Of a DNA stretch of 64,000 bases, positions 17,658-28,177 are shown in pieces. The stretch is from positions 1,683 through 65,682 of the forward strand of contig JBBRKQ010000007.1 of NCBI GenBank assembly GCA_038231815.1, read 5' to 3'. The first letter of the stretch is position 1. Each line of letters starts with the position of its first letter. The position numbers and the translations under genes are program-made. The stretch is from Phycisphaerales bacterium. Its GTDB lineage: Bacteria > Planctomycetota > Phycisphaerae > Phycisphaerales > UBA1924. The notes below the pieces were generated by a model. The model was not told where the DNA came from. It worked only from the letters and a program-made list of their open reading frames with translations, and made no database searches.

Positions 17658-18113
17658 GTGCTCTTCTTCGGTAACAGTGAGCACAACATCGACCCCAAGC
17701 TGCGGCTTGCGATTCCGGCCAAATACCGGAATCAGTGGAGTCCGGCTCGCGATGGAGAGGCGTTCATGTCGGTGGCCTGGCCGACCGGGCAGATTCGGTT
17801 GTTTACAGAGGCTCGGTTCAAAGAGCTGTACGAAGCGGCGATCAACACTCTGACGCCGACGACCAAGCAAATGCTTTCCGATGCCGCACTCTTGGGCATG
17901 GCCGAGCGGGTTGAGATGGACAGCGCCGGGCGAATTGCCCTGCCGAAGAAGCAGATTGAACGGGCCAAGCTGGGTCAAGAAGTGACTGTAGTCGGGATGG
18001 GCAAGCGACTTGAGGTGTGGGATCGGGCGAAGTGGAAGGAAGTTGAAGACGCGGCGTTCGAAGCCGCACAGAAGACGGTTGATGATGCGGAATCGGGCAC
18101 CAGCCCGGGATAA
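17658..18113 (+). CDS. mraZ: Transcriptional regulator MraZ
   Basis: VLFFGNSEHNIDPKLRLAIPAKYRNQW and DSAGRIALPKKQIERAKLGQEVTVVGMGKRLEVWD are two SpoVT/AbrB-like halves. A GTG start gives 151 aa, a typical MraZ length, and has a good RBS. The ORF-track ATG at 17556 would add 34 atypical residues. Confidence 0.85.
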   Translation: MLFFGNSEHNIDPKLRLAIPAKYRNQWSPARDGEAFMSVAWPTGQIRLFTEARFKELYEAAINTLTPTTKQMLSDAALLGMAERVEMDSAGRIALPKKQIERAKLGQEVTVVGMGKRLEVWDRAKWKEVEDAAFEAAQKTVDDAESGTSPG

Positions 18114-18203
18114 GCGACGCAGAAGTCTCGCAAGAATGGTTTGCAAGCAGGTCTTTATAAAGACATTGGCAGGATGCCAGTGAAAAACAAGTGCCGCCCT
18201 TCG

Positions 18204-18318
18204 CATGGATGCGAGGGATCCGGCAAACATTGCCGCGGGTCATGGATGAGCCGCGGCAGCTCGAACAAGCCTGCATGGATGCGGGCGAGTCTCGTGGGTG
18301 CAAGACCGGCCATGGATG
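18204..18318. repeat. Four copies of the octamer CATGGATG at 37/33/37-nt spacing
   Basis: Exact CATGGATG occurs at 18204, 18241, 18274 and 18311, in the convergent intergenic region after mraZ. Copies 1 and 3 share GCATGGATGCG. Confidence 0.5.
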
Positions 18319-18412
18319 GCAGGAATTGAGCCCAACTGCCAGCCCCATCAGGCGGCTATCCGTCGCAGGAGCCGCCTGAGGGGGTTTGGCATTTTTGGCG
18401 GAGCCGTGCAGG

Positions 18413-18919
18413 TCAGGCACCCTTTTTCGCTTCGATCGGGAACGGGTCTGCCGGGCGTGCGGGCGTGCTTTCAACCATCAGTTTAATGTACTGCTGAAAC
18501 TCATCGTGCATGAGCTTCATGCTGGGGCTGGCCATCATGGCGCGAAAACTGGGCTCTGCCGCGATGTCGCGCATGCGGTGATCCCAACTGCGGTAGTAGT
18601 CAACTGGCACCTGATCGTGCTTATAAGCGAACCAGACAATTTCGAAGACTGACAGCTGCATCAGGTTGAAGAAGTACTCGCGGATCTCGCGGTCGGTCAC
18701 GGCGTGCTCGATATCGTGGCGATAGACGCGGGCCAAAGCGGGGTCATCGACACGCATTTCGCGCAGGTGCATCTGCAGCTCGACAAGCCGGGTGAAGTTT
18801 GCCACGTGTTGGGCCCGGCGGTAATTCTTGAACTGAAAGGCTGTGTAGAGAAAACCGCCGGCAATTGCCAGCGAGCTGAGGGCCTGAAAACCGAGCTGAA
18901 ACTCCTGAACCGTGGGCAT
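18413..18919 (-). CDS. Hypothetical membrane-anchored protein
   Basis: 168-aa ORF from the internal Met (MPTVQEFQLGFQALSSLAIAGGFLYTAFQF, an N-terminal TM). I recognised no family motif. Confidence 0.6.
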   Translation of the reverse strand: MPTVQEFQLGFQALSSLAIAGGFLYTAFQFKNYRRAQHVANFTRLVELQMHLREMRVDDPALARVYRHDIEHAVTDREIREYFFNLMQLSVFEIVWFAYKHDQVPVDYYRSWDHRMRDIAAEPSFRAMMASPSMKLMHDEFQQYIKLMVESTPARPADPFPIEAKKGA

Positions 18920-19171
18920 AGGCGAGGGTAGCCGATCACGGCATTGCCGCACCGAGCCGGTGTATCGAGCCCGAGCGACTTGGTTCTACTGGCCAAGGTT
19001 TGACAGATTCGCACCGGAGGGACGGGGCGGATCGGCGCATGGTGAAAAGAGACTGCACGCATATTGGCGGAGCAGCCTCAGATTTATTTGGGCGATCGGA
19101 ATCAAAATGGCCTTCCACACCACCCGACACCGGCGGAGGGCCGCGATGGGTGATCGCTTAACCTTGCACCA

Positions 19172-20350
19172 ATGGCGAAGCGCATTTCAAAGCAAGCGAT
19201 TCCCGCAGAAGTGGACCCAGCGGGTGAGAGGCAAGCTACGACCACTCCGCCGCAGCAACAAGGGCGGCCGAGAAAAGCTTCGACACAGGCTGCTGGCGGT
19301 GTCGGGGCTCATACTCCTCCGGTTCCCCCATCAGCCAATGCGATGGGCCGGAGCGATGCGGAGGTGCGTTTGTCCAGCGCTGCAGTGGGCCCCCCGCTGC
19401 TGCCGGATTTTAAGGCCGACAGCCCGGACACGCGGGTGTACGTGGGAGATTGCCGTGATCTGCTGCCACGGATTCCTGAAGTTCGTGACGGCAAAGTCGA
19501 TCTGATCTTTGCCGACCCACCGTTTAACTGGAACCGTGGCTACGACAAATGGGATGACCAGATGCCCGATGCGGAGTATCTGGGCTTCACCTATACGTGG
19601 ATTGATCTGTGCATTGCCTCACTGCGACCGAGTGGCTCGATGTGGATCAATATTCCGGACGATTGGGCAGCGGAGATTGTGGTGCATTGCAAGGCACGGG
19701 GACTCAAGATGGTGAACTGGTGCGTGTGGCACTATCGCTTTGGTCAGAACACCAAGAAGAAGTTCATCAGCTCAAAGGTGCACGCGCTGTACTTTGTGAA
19801 GTCTCCTTTTGAAAAGACCTGGAACCCAATGGAAGTGCTGGAGGCAACGGACCGGGCGACGACGTACTTTGACCCGCGGACGAACGACAAGGCCGACGGG
19901 ATGCCACCGGGTAAGCGTGTGCCGCTTGATGTGTGGTACGGCCCCGGGTTCAGCCGCATTCAGGGCAACAACAAGGAGCGCCGGCCGGGGCATGACAACC
20001 AGTTGCCCGAGGCGTATCTGGAGCGGGTGATTCGCGCGTGCAGCAACACGGGTGACTTGGTGATGGATCCGTTTAACGGCTCGGGTACCACTGGCACAGT
20101 CGCGCGGGCGCTGGGCCGGCGGTTTATTGGTACAGAATACTCGCAGGACCTAGCCGCGGCCGCATTTGCTCGCATCACCGAACTCGGCCCGGTCTCATCG
20201 CTCAGCGGCGAGGTGATCAGCAGTGCGATTTTTAAGCCGCGTCAGGCGAGTGCCAAGGCGATTTCAAACACGATGAAGTCGCTGGGGGCCGCCGCGGCAG
20301 CTATCGGCGAGCAGTCCGCTGAGGGACTTTTTAGCCTGGGCAGCACATGA
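19172..20350 (+). CDS. Beta-class DNA methyltransferase (probably N6-adenine), apparently an orphan
   Basis: Motif IV DLIFADPPFN comes before motif I DPFNGSGTTGTVARALGRRFIGTEYS; this order defines the beta class. There is a ~90-aa low-complexity N-terminal extension. Confidence 0.85.
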   Translation: MAKRISKQAIPAEVDPAGERQATTTPPQQQGRPRKASTQAAGGVGAHTPPVPPSANAMGRSDAEVRLSSAAVGPPLLPDFKADSPDTRVYVGDCRDLLPRIPEVRDGKVDLIFADPPFNWNRGYDKWDDQMPDAEYLGFTYTWIDLCIASLRPSGSMWINIPDDWAAEIVVHCKARGLKMVNWCVWHYRFGQNTKKKFISSKVHALYFVKSPFEKTWNPMEVLEATDRATTYFDPRTNDKADGMPPGKRVPLDVWYGPGFSRIQGNNKERRPGHDNQLPEAYLERVIRACSNTGDLVMDPFNGSGTTGTVARALGRRFIGTEYSQDLAAAAFARITELGPVSSLSGEVISSAIFKPRQASAKAISNTMKSLGAAAAAIGEQSAEGLFSLGST

Positions 20351-20556
20351 TGCCCGCTTGCTAGAATGAACTTCCGAAGCGGCGCGGTGGTGTTTGTGCG
20401 CCGCCAGGTGCCGCTTGTTTGTTGCGAGCCGAAATGCTGTCACTCCTGCACTCTTGCTACTCCGTTGCCTCACATGCGATCGCTTCTACCGGAGAGATTG
20501 CCAATCTGGCTATAAGCCAGAACACACCGGCCCCGGTTGTGCCAAACCCGCACAGC

Positions 20557-21141
20557 ATGGAAAACAACCCGTTTGCTGTGTTCACGTTCCTGGTCGCCCC
20601 GGCGATTCTCACCAACGCGTGCACCGTACTGGCACTTGGAACCTCCAACAGGCTGGCCCGTGCCGTTGACCGGACACGGGCGATAGCAAACGTGCTGGTT
20701 GCTTTGCCGGAGGATGCCGCATCTGTCGCGACGGCAACGATACCGCATGAACTGGCCTCGGCGCAGTTCTGCGCGGCGGGCAAGCGGTGCCGCGTACTCA
20801 TTCGAGCGCTGCGATACTTCTACCTCGCCGTGGGCTGCTTTGCCGGTGGCACCTGCGTGGCGATGCTCGGGGCGACTTTGGGCTACTTTGGTAATCAGCA
20901 GGCGGCGACCGTGGCGGTTGTGGGCATGTTGGTATTTGCCGGGGTCGGTGTGATGTCACTGATCATCGGCTCGGCCTGCCTAGTCCGCGAAAGCACGCTG
21001 ACACTCTCGCTGTTAGTTGATGAGCAATCGGCACTCAGCTCTTTGGAAAAACAGATTCGCCAAGGCAGGGGACGCCCCCCCGGCGTGCCGCTGCCAATCG
21101 CTCGCGAGCCAACGCACGGCTCCGGCGGACCGATTCCGTAA
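20557..21141 (+). CDS. DUF2721-like membrane protein
   Basis: MENNPFAVFTFLVAPAILTNACTVLALGTSNRLARAVDRTRAI, plus two further TM segments. I chose the internal Met at 20557 as the start. Confidence 0.65.
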   Translation: MENNPFAVFTFLVAPAILTNACTVLALGTSNRLARAVDRTRAIANVLVALPEDAASVATATIPHELASAQFCAAGKRCRVLIRALRYFYLAVGCFAGGTCVAMLGATLGYFGNQQAATVAVVGMLVFAGVGVMSLIIGSACLVRESTLTLSLLVDEQSALSSLEKQIRQGRGRPPGVPLPIAREPTHGSGGPIP

Positions 21142-21226
21142 GCCTGCCGGCACACAGACCGACGAATCAAAAAAATCAAGTCAGCGAAGGCCACTGGCCT
21201 GCGTGACTGAAGGAATTTTGCTTAGT

Positions 21227-22411
21227 TCAGTTGGCGGGCGCCGTTGCGGCGGGAATGGGCACCGGTGGGCTGGAGGGCTTTGGGCCCTTGGCCGGACCGA
21301 TGAGTTTTCGAAGTGCTTCGGCGAGTGGGGCACTCAACCCTGCAGCCTCGGCCTCACGCAGCTGCCGGTCGGCCCGGGCTAGCTCGCCTGTGTGACCGTA
21401 CAGCAGCGCCGATGCGAATCGTAAAGACGCCGACGCCTGACCACCCGCGCTCCGGCGGGCCTTGGAGGGCAACTCATCGGCGATCGTCTGCCAGTTGTCG
21501 GACCGGAGAGCTTTGACCCAGACCGGGGGCGACACAAACACCGCTGTTGCATCCAAAGTGGCGGCGGCGAGTAAGTCCGCCGCACCAAGCTCATGCTGCT
21601 TCATTGAGAGTCTGAGATACCCGCGAAAGGTGTGCAAAAGAGCCTGGCTGTACAGTCCGGCATCGGCAGCGATGGCATCAGTCAGAGCCGCAACCGCTTC
21701 GACTTCCCGCTGCTGGGACACGAAAAACTCAACTTGCTTTGGCAGTGGCAGCCCCGCGATTACCTGCGGCGTGAGCGGCGTGACAGAGCCCGGGGTTGGG
21801 CCTGCTGGCTGGCCCACCGGAGGAGGAGGCACCTGCAGGTTCGGATCGATCTGAAACGATGAGCTTCCAGGATCGTTGCGAACCAGCACGGTCATTTGAT
21901 CGAGATCTAGATTCCAATAGTTTGATCCCATTCGGCCCTGAATCGGCTGGTTATCCCAAAACAGGTTGCCGAAGGAGCCATGGAAAAATGGATAGCCCTG
22001 CTCTCGGGTGAGTCTCCAAAGCTCTGCCCGGCGGACATGACTGCCCCAGTACCAATCGCGGAAGTGACGTTGAAAGTCACTGCTCCGGCTGCCGAACATG
22101 ACCACCGTGCCACCCCAGTACCCACCGGAGGCACCGGTGACCAAATACGGCTGGCCGGGTTCAAACCCGGGAAAGCGGATCGGGTAACTGGGGACGACTG
22201 GTGCCGGGGGCGGACGGACGGTGGAATGCTCGCCGTACGGGGGCGAACTGACTTGGGTTACCGACGGACTTAGGGATGCAGGTGAGGGTTGAATCGTGGG
22301 CCCAGAGGGCTCCGCCGCAAGCGCCGAACCGGCCAAACCTACAACCAACGCAAAGACTCGGCTACAAGGGATGCAGTGAGCTGTTTTGGAATGATTACCG
22401 TTGCCGCGCAT
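21227..22411 (-). CDS. Hypothetical secreted protein with a helical (TPR-like) C-terminal region
   Basis: The signal peptide is RVFALVVGLAGSALAAEP, after the internal Met (MRGNGNH). I recognised no catalytic motif. Confidence 0.65.
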   Translation of the reverse strand: MRGNGNHSKTAHCIPCSRVFALVVGLAGSALAAEPSGPTIQPSPASLSPSVTQVSSPPYGEHSTVRPPPAPVVPSYPIRFPGFEPGQPYLVTGASGGYWGGTVVMFGSRSSDFQRHFRDWYWGSHVRRAELWRLTREQGYPFFHGSFGNLFWDNQPIQGRMGSNYWNLDLDQMTVLVRNDPGSSSFQIDPNLQVPPPPVGQPAGPTPGSVTPLTPQVIAGLPLPKQVEFFVSQQREVEAVAALTDAIAADAGLYSQALLHTFRGYLRLSMKQHELGAADLLAAATLDATAVFVSPPVWVKALRSDNWQTIADELPSKARRSAGGQASASLRFASALLYGHTGELARADRQLREAEAAGLSAPLAEALRKLIGPAKGPKPSSPPVPIPAATAPAN

Positions 22412-22693
22412 GACGTACTCCCGGAAGCGGCCGATTCGACGAAAACCCAAACCCGGTTCGTCTATTCCCGCCAGACGAAGAAGGGTAGCCGAAAAAAACT
22501 CGCCCTCGCGAACCGGCTGCCCCCGCGGCCAGATCAATCAACTTTTCTAGGATGTGTCTCAATCGGTGAGATCAGACGCCAGCTGCAATTGCAAGCTTTG
22601 AAGAAACGCGGAGACCACGCTGCGCTCTCCCGTCCGAATAATTTGAAGTGTTTGACGCTTCCGCACCACCGTGTCGCGACCTACAACCGCCCC

Positions 22694-23626
22694 ATGCGAA
22701 TCCTGGTCACCGGAACAACGGGCTTTATCGGCGGCCGCATCGCCGCACATTTGCAGAGGGCGGGGCACAGTGTGACAGGTACGCACAGACCGGCTGAGGC
22801 TGGTGGATCAGTGACGGCTTCGCCTTTGCTCGATGGCGTTGCAAGCGTGCCGTTGGATCTCGGCAAGCCAATTCACATCAGCGACGCTTTGCGGGTGTCC
22901 GACTTCGATGCGGTTGTCCACGGGGCGGCGATGGCCGGCCTCGGCCAGTGTGAACTCGCACCGGAGGCCGCGCTTGCGGCAAACAGCACGGCAACAGCAG
23001 CGATCGCCATCGCGTGCGGCGAAGCCGGCATCCGATTCATCGCACTCTCGACCGACCAAGTTTTTGCTGGGGGTCCACCGGCGCTGCGCAGCACCGTCCC
23101 ACCGAGGGGGTACAGGGAGGACGATGCGACTGAGCCGGTTAACTACTACGGGATCACGAAGCAGATGGCCGAGAGAACTTTGCTGAACATGAATGCACCC
23201 GGCGTTACGATAGTTCGTCTGGCCCTGGTCGTTGGACGGTCGCTGCGGGGTGGGCGGTCGAGCTCCGAGCAGCTCATCGCGCAGGTGATGCGAGGGCAAG
23301 TGCCGAGCCTGTACCGCGACGAGTTTCGCACTCCGGTTTGCGTGGCGGATGTGTGCAGCGCGATCGAGGAGCTGCTGCCAATGAACGGCGTGAGGCTGCT
23401 GCACCTTGGTGGACCGCAACGGATGAGCCGGGTCGAACTCGGCCAGCGGATTCTGCGGCTGGCGGGGATGAGCGATTCGTGCAACGCCGTGGATGTGCCG
23501 GAGCCAACGGTTGGCCAAGGGCAGCGACCGAGGGACGTTGCATTGGATTCGTCGATGGCGGAAAAGCTCCTGAAGCGGCCGCCGCGGCAGATTGAGCGCT
23601 TCACCGATGAGTTTGCATGCGGCTAA
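22694..23626 (+). CDS. NAD(P)-dependent sugar-nucleotide epimerase/reductase (extended SDR, RmlD-like)
   Basis: MRILVTGTTGFIGGRIAAHL is the Rossmann GxxGxxG motif. YYGITKQMAE is the YxxxK motif. The ATG is at 22694. Confidence 0.8.
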   Translation: MRILVTGTTGFIGGRIAAHLQRAGHSVTGTHRPAEAGGSVTASPLLDGVASVPLDLGKPIHISDALRVSDFDAVVHGAAMAGLGQCELAPEAALAANSTATAAIAIACGEAGIRFIALSTDQVFAGGPPALRSTVPPRGYREDDATEPVNYYGITKQMAERTLLNMNAPGVTIVRLALVVGRSLRGGRSSSEQLIAQVMRGQVPSLYRDEFRTPVCVADVCSAIEELLPMNGVRLLHLGGPQRMSRVELGQRILRLAGMSDSCNAVDVPEPTVGQGQRPRDVALDSSMAEKLLKRPPRQIERFTDEFACG

Positions 23627-23638
23627 GACTTGGATGGC

Positions 23639-24379
23639 TCAGTTGGCGGGCGGCAGGAGATCTGGCCGCCGGGCCTGCGTTCGGGCGATGCGCTGGTTCA
23701 ATCGCCACTTGGCGATTTCAAGATGATTGCCCGAGAGCAGTACATCCGGGACGGTGCGCCCGTCCCACTCGCGTGGCTTGGTGAAGTGCGGGCAATCCAG
23801 CAGTCGCTCGGCGGGTGGTTTGAGCTTGCCGACGGGCTCGACGGTACCGAAAGAATCCTGATGAGCCGAGAGCGCATCGCCGAGTACGCCGGGCAGAAGG
23901 CGGGTGACGGCATCGATGAGGATCATGGCACCGAGTTCACCACCGGACAGAACATAGTCGCCAACTGAGATTTCCAGCGGGGCGAGTTTGTTGATCACGC
24001 GTTCATCGATTCCTTCATAGTGACCGGCGATAAGCAACAGGCGGGGCAGCGTGGCAAGGTGCTCGACTAATTTCTGGGTCAGCGGCACGCCCTGCGGTGT
24101 CAGCAGTATTCGCGTGGCCGGGCGAGGGTCTTGCGCCTCAACAGCGATGACTGCATCAAACAGGGGTTGGCACATCATCACCATGCCCGGCCCACCACCA
24201 AAGGGGCGGTCATCCGTCTTTTGATGCTTGTCGGTGGCAAACTCGCGGATGTTGCGGGCGTGCCACTCCACAGCGCCCGCAGATCGGGCTCGGCCCGGAA
24301 TTGAAACGTTGAGCGCACAACCCGGTTCCGGGCCAAACATCTCGGGAAAGGTGGTCAGGATGTCGATACGCAGCGCCAT
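23639..24379 (-). CDS. trmD: tRNA (guanine37-N1)-methyltransferase
   Basis: MALRIDILTTFPEMF...DDRPFGGGPGMVMM...LIAGHYEGIDERV...GDYVLSGGELGAMILIDAVTRLLPGVLG. Confidence 0.92.
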   Translation of the reverse strand: MALRIDILTTFPEMFGPEPGCALNVSIPGRARSAGAVEWHARNIREFATDKHQKTDDRPFGGGPGMVMMCQPLFDAVIAVEAQDPRPATRILLTPQGVPLTQKLVEHLATLPRLLLIAGHYEGIDERVINKLAPLEISVGDYVLSGGELGAMILIDAVTRLLPGVLGDALSAHQDSFGTVEPVGKLKPPAERLLDCPHFTKPREWDGRTVPDVLLSGNHLEIAKWRLNQRIARTQARRPDLLPPAN

Positions 24380-24423
24380 GCCGACGACTCTAGCGGTAAC
24401 GAAGTTCGCGCCGCCGCTGAGGA

Positions 24424-24466
24424 ATAAAAAAAAGCCCGAACCAAAGGCTCGGGCTTTTTAAAAAAT
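24424..24466 (-). terminator. Hairpin flanked by A/T runs between rpsP and trmD (terminator or attenuator)
   Basis: aaaaaaaa-agcccga-accaaaggc-tcgggct-ttttaaaaaa. A T-run follows the stem on both strands. Confidence 0.6.
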
Positions 24467-24490
24467 TCTTTTTCAACCTGAGTAAAGAAC

Positions 24491-24841
24491 TTACTTCTTC
24501 TTCTCATCCTTCTTGGGGGTACCGGCGGCGGCGCGGTTGATCACGCCCTGCTTCTTGGCCTCGATGCGCCATGCGTGGCGCTTCTTCCACTCGGTCCCAT
24601 CAACCACTGCGGTGCGGACGAGCATGTCCATGATCGTCTCGCTGGGCTGGGCGCCCTTGGCAAGCCAGAACTTGACCCGCTCAACATTGAGTTCGTGCTG
24701 CTTTGCATCGCTGGAGCAGGGATCGTACCAGCCCAAGTTTTCAATCACATCGCCATCGCGCTTCACGCGAGAATCAACCACATTAATGCGGTAGAACGGA
24801 CGGTGCGGACGACCCATGCGCTTCATGCGAATCTTAACCAC
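24491..24841 (-). CDS. rpsP: 30S ribosomal protein S16 with a Lys-rich C-terminal extension
   Basis: VVKIRMKRMGRPHRPFYRINVVDSRVKRDGDVIENLGWYDP. GTG start at 24841 with GGAG 9 nt upstream. The ORF-track start at 25201 is a spurious extension. Confidence 0.9.
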   Translation of the reverse strand: MVKIRMKRMGRPHRPFYRINVVDSRVKRDGDVIENLGWYDPCSSDAKQHELNVERVKFWLAKGAQPSETIMDMLVRTAVVDGTEWKKRHAWRIEAKKQGVINRAAAGTPKKDEKKK

Positions 24842-25437
24842 GTGCGAAATCTCCAATGAACCAGCAAATGCTGGGTCGGGATGATAGCCGCCTGCCGCGG
24901 CTTTGCCTAGCGATTGCCAGACTTGTGTGCGACCCAGCGGGACAAATGCATATACTTCGCACCATGCATGCACATGCTGACGCGGGGAGGATGATACCCG
25001 GCTGCCGCATGCCAGCCACAACCTGGGCCACAACTTGGGCCAAAAGTTGGGGTTGGGTTTGTTTGCGTTTAACGAGGCACCCGCCGGAGAACGACTGACG
25101 AGGCCCCAACGGGGGGCGATAGCGGAGGACAACTGCCGCGGCGAGAAGAGTTGTCGCACAACTTGGTGGAACAGGTCAAGACCTACTCGATTCACACCCA
25201 CTTGCCCGCTAACCTTGTCCCCTGCCCAAATTGGCCTTCAAAGGGGTGCGGAACCGAACAGGTTCCGATTCATCACCCGGCCGGTATTTCGCGGAAAACA
25301 GGCCGCGCCAGAAGCGGCCTGTTGCAGTTGACAGTATCGCCTCGACGTGTTCTGGTATCTTTAGTAGTTTCGGGCAGCCGCCGCACCCAAATGTGATGCC
25401 GCTGCGTTTTACAAGTCTCTTGCCAAGGAAAGTTACC

Positions 25438-27012
<1,575 letters not shown>

Positions 27013-27091
27013 TTTGGGCGCTCAGCGAGTCGCTCAGCACGGCCCTTTGGCCAAGTGTTGACACGCTGAAGACTAATTAAGCAACTTTTTC

Positions 27092-27128
27092 AAAGGCCGC
27101 CGCGTGATTCGCGGCGGCCTTTTTTTAC
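27092..27128 (+). terminator. Strong rho-independent terminator after atpA
   Basis: Stem ggccgccgcg (27095-27104) / cgcggcggcc (27110-27119), followed by eight T. Confidence 0.85.
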
Positions 27129-27375
27129 GCGTCAGCGATTCGTAACGGATCACCGGCTGCACCGGCGATTCTGTTTTCGGACCTAAAGAACTTGTGTTTT
27201 GGCAGTCGGGTCGAAATGACCCTTCACAGAGTTTCCCTGTTTAGTGTGCGTGTCCAGCCCACCTGCGTTCCCGGCGGCGGCGTCAACGCTGATGCGGATG
27301 CTGATGCTGACCAACTTGCAGGCCAGAGCGCAGGGAACCTCCCGGTGAACGGTCATCCACTGGTGCGGATCGTCG

Positions 27376-28177
27376 GTGCTGAGCCAGACGGCGCTGGTGA
27401 CACTAGGCGGTGGGTTGACGATATCGCAGCAGCCACTGCCAGTCGCGGTTTGCCGCGGAGCGCCGGAGACGCTGAGCGTTGCCACTTCGCTCGCGGGGAG
27501 CACCTCCCGATGGCGTTGCGGGACAGTGAATCTGCTCGACGGTTGGATCATCAGCGGTGCTGGCACTGCCACGCTAATGATCATCAGTGTGACCCAAGGT
27601 GATGGGGCGGCGGGCTACAACAGCGTGATCACCAACAATTGTGACAGCGTCACGAGCAGCAACGCTGCGGTAACTGGGACGCCGGGCGTGACGATCACGA
27701 TGAATCCCAACAACGCGAGCGTGTGCCAGGGTCAGGACGCAGGCTTTCGCGTGAGCACCGCCGGCGCGGGCACGCCGCGCTACCGGTGGCGGCTCAAGAG
27801 CACGCTGATCAACGCTTAGCTGGCTCGGCAACGCTGAGCCTGACCGGCGTGACGACGGTCGATGCGGGGAGTTACGACTGCATGGTCACAGGAACCTGCG
27901 GCAGCGTGACCAGCACCACGGCAATACTGGCAGTGAAGTCCTACCGCGCATGCTCGCTGGCGGACATCGTCGGAGGCGGAAGCGACGGTAGCCGACCTGA
28001 CGGCATCGTTGATGGGAATGAAGTTGTCGCATCTGTCAACAGCTTCAGCGTTGGCGATACCACCATTGATGCTCTGCCGGGGATAGCTGGGAGCGGGGCG
28101 GATGTACTCAGCGGTGATGGCATCATCGATGGCAAGACTTCATCGCGTTCATCAACGCGTTCGCCGCGGGCTGCTAA
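27376..28177 (+). pseudogene. Decayed member of the GC-ending dockerin-like family (Ig-like modules plus a degraded dockerin-like tail)
   Basis: There is no signal peptide or start. Frame 1 has Ig-like modules that end at TAG 27817-27819 (..TPRYRWRLKSTLINA*). The homologous reading continues in another frame (LAGSATLSLTGVTTVDAGSYDCMVTGTCGS..CSLADIVGGGSDG..). A 1-nt deletion near 28135 (aag-ac-ttc instead of aag gac ttc) breaks the terminal DFIAFINAFAAGC-taa, which is still readable at 28136-28177. Confidence 0.7.

Noticed and set aside
18413-21141. A restriction-modification or other defence island around the DNA methyltransferase
   Set aside because: The neighbours are a small TM protein and a DUF2721-like membrane protein. 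I saw no PD-(D/E)xK, HNH, helicase or ATPase motifs, so only an orphan MTase is claimed.
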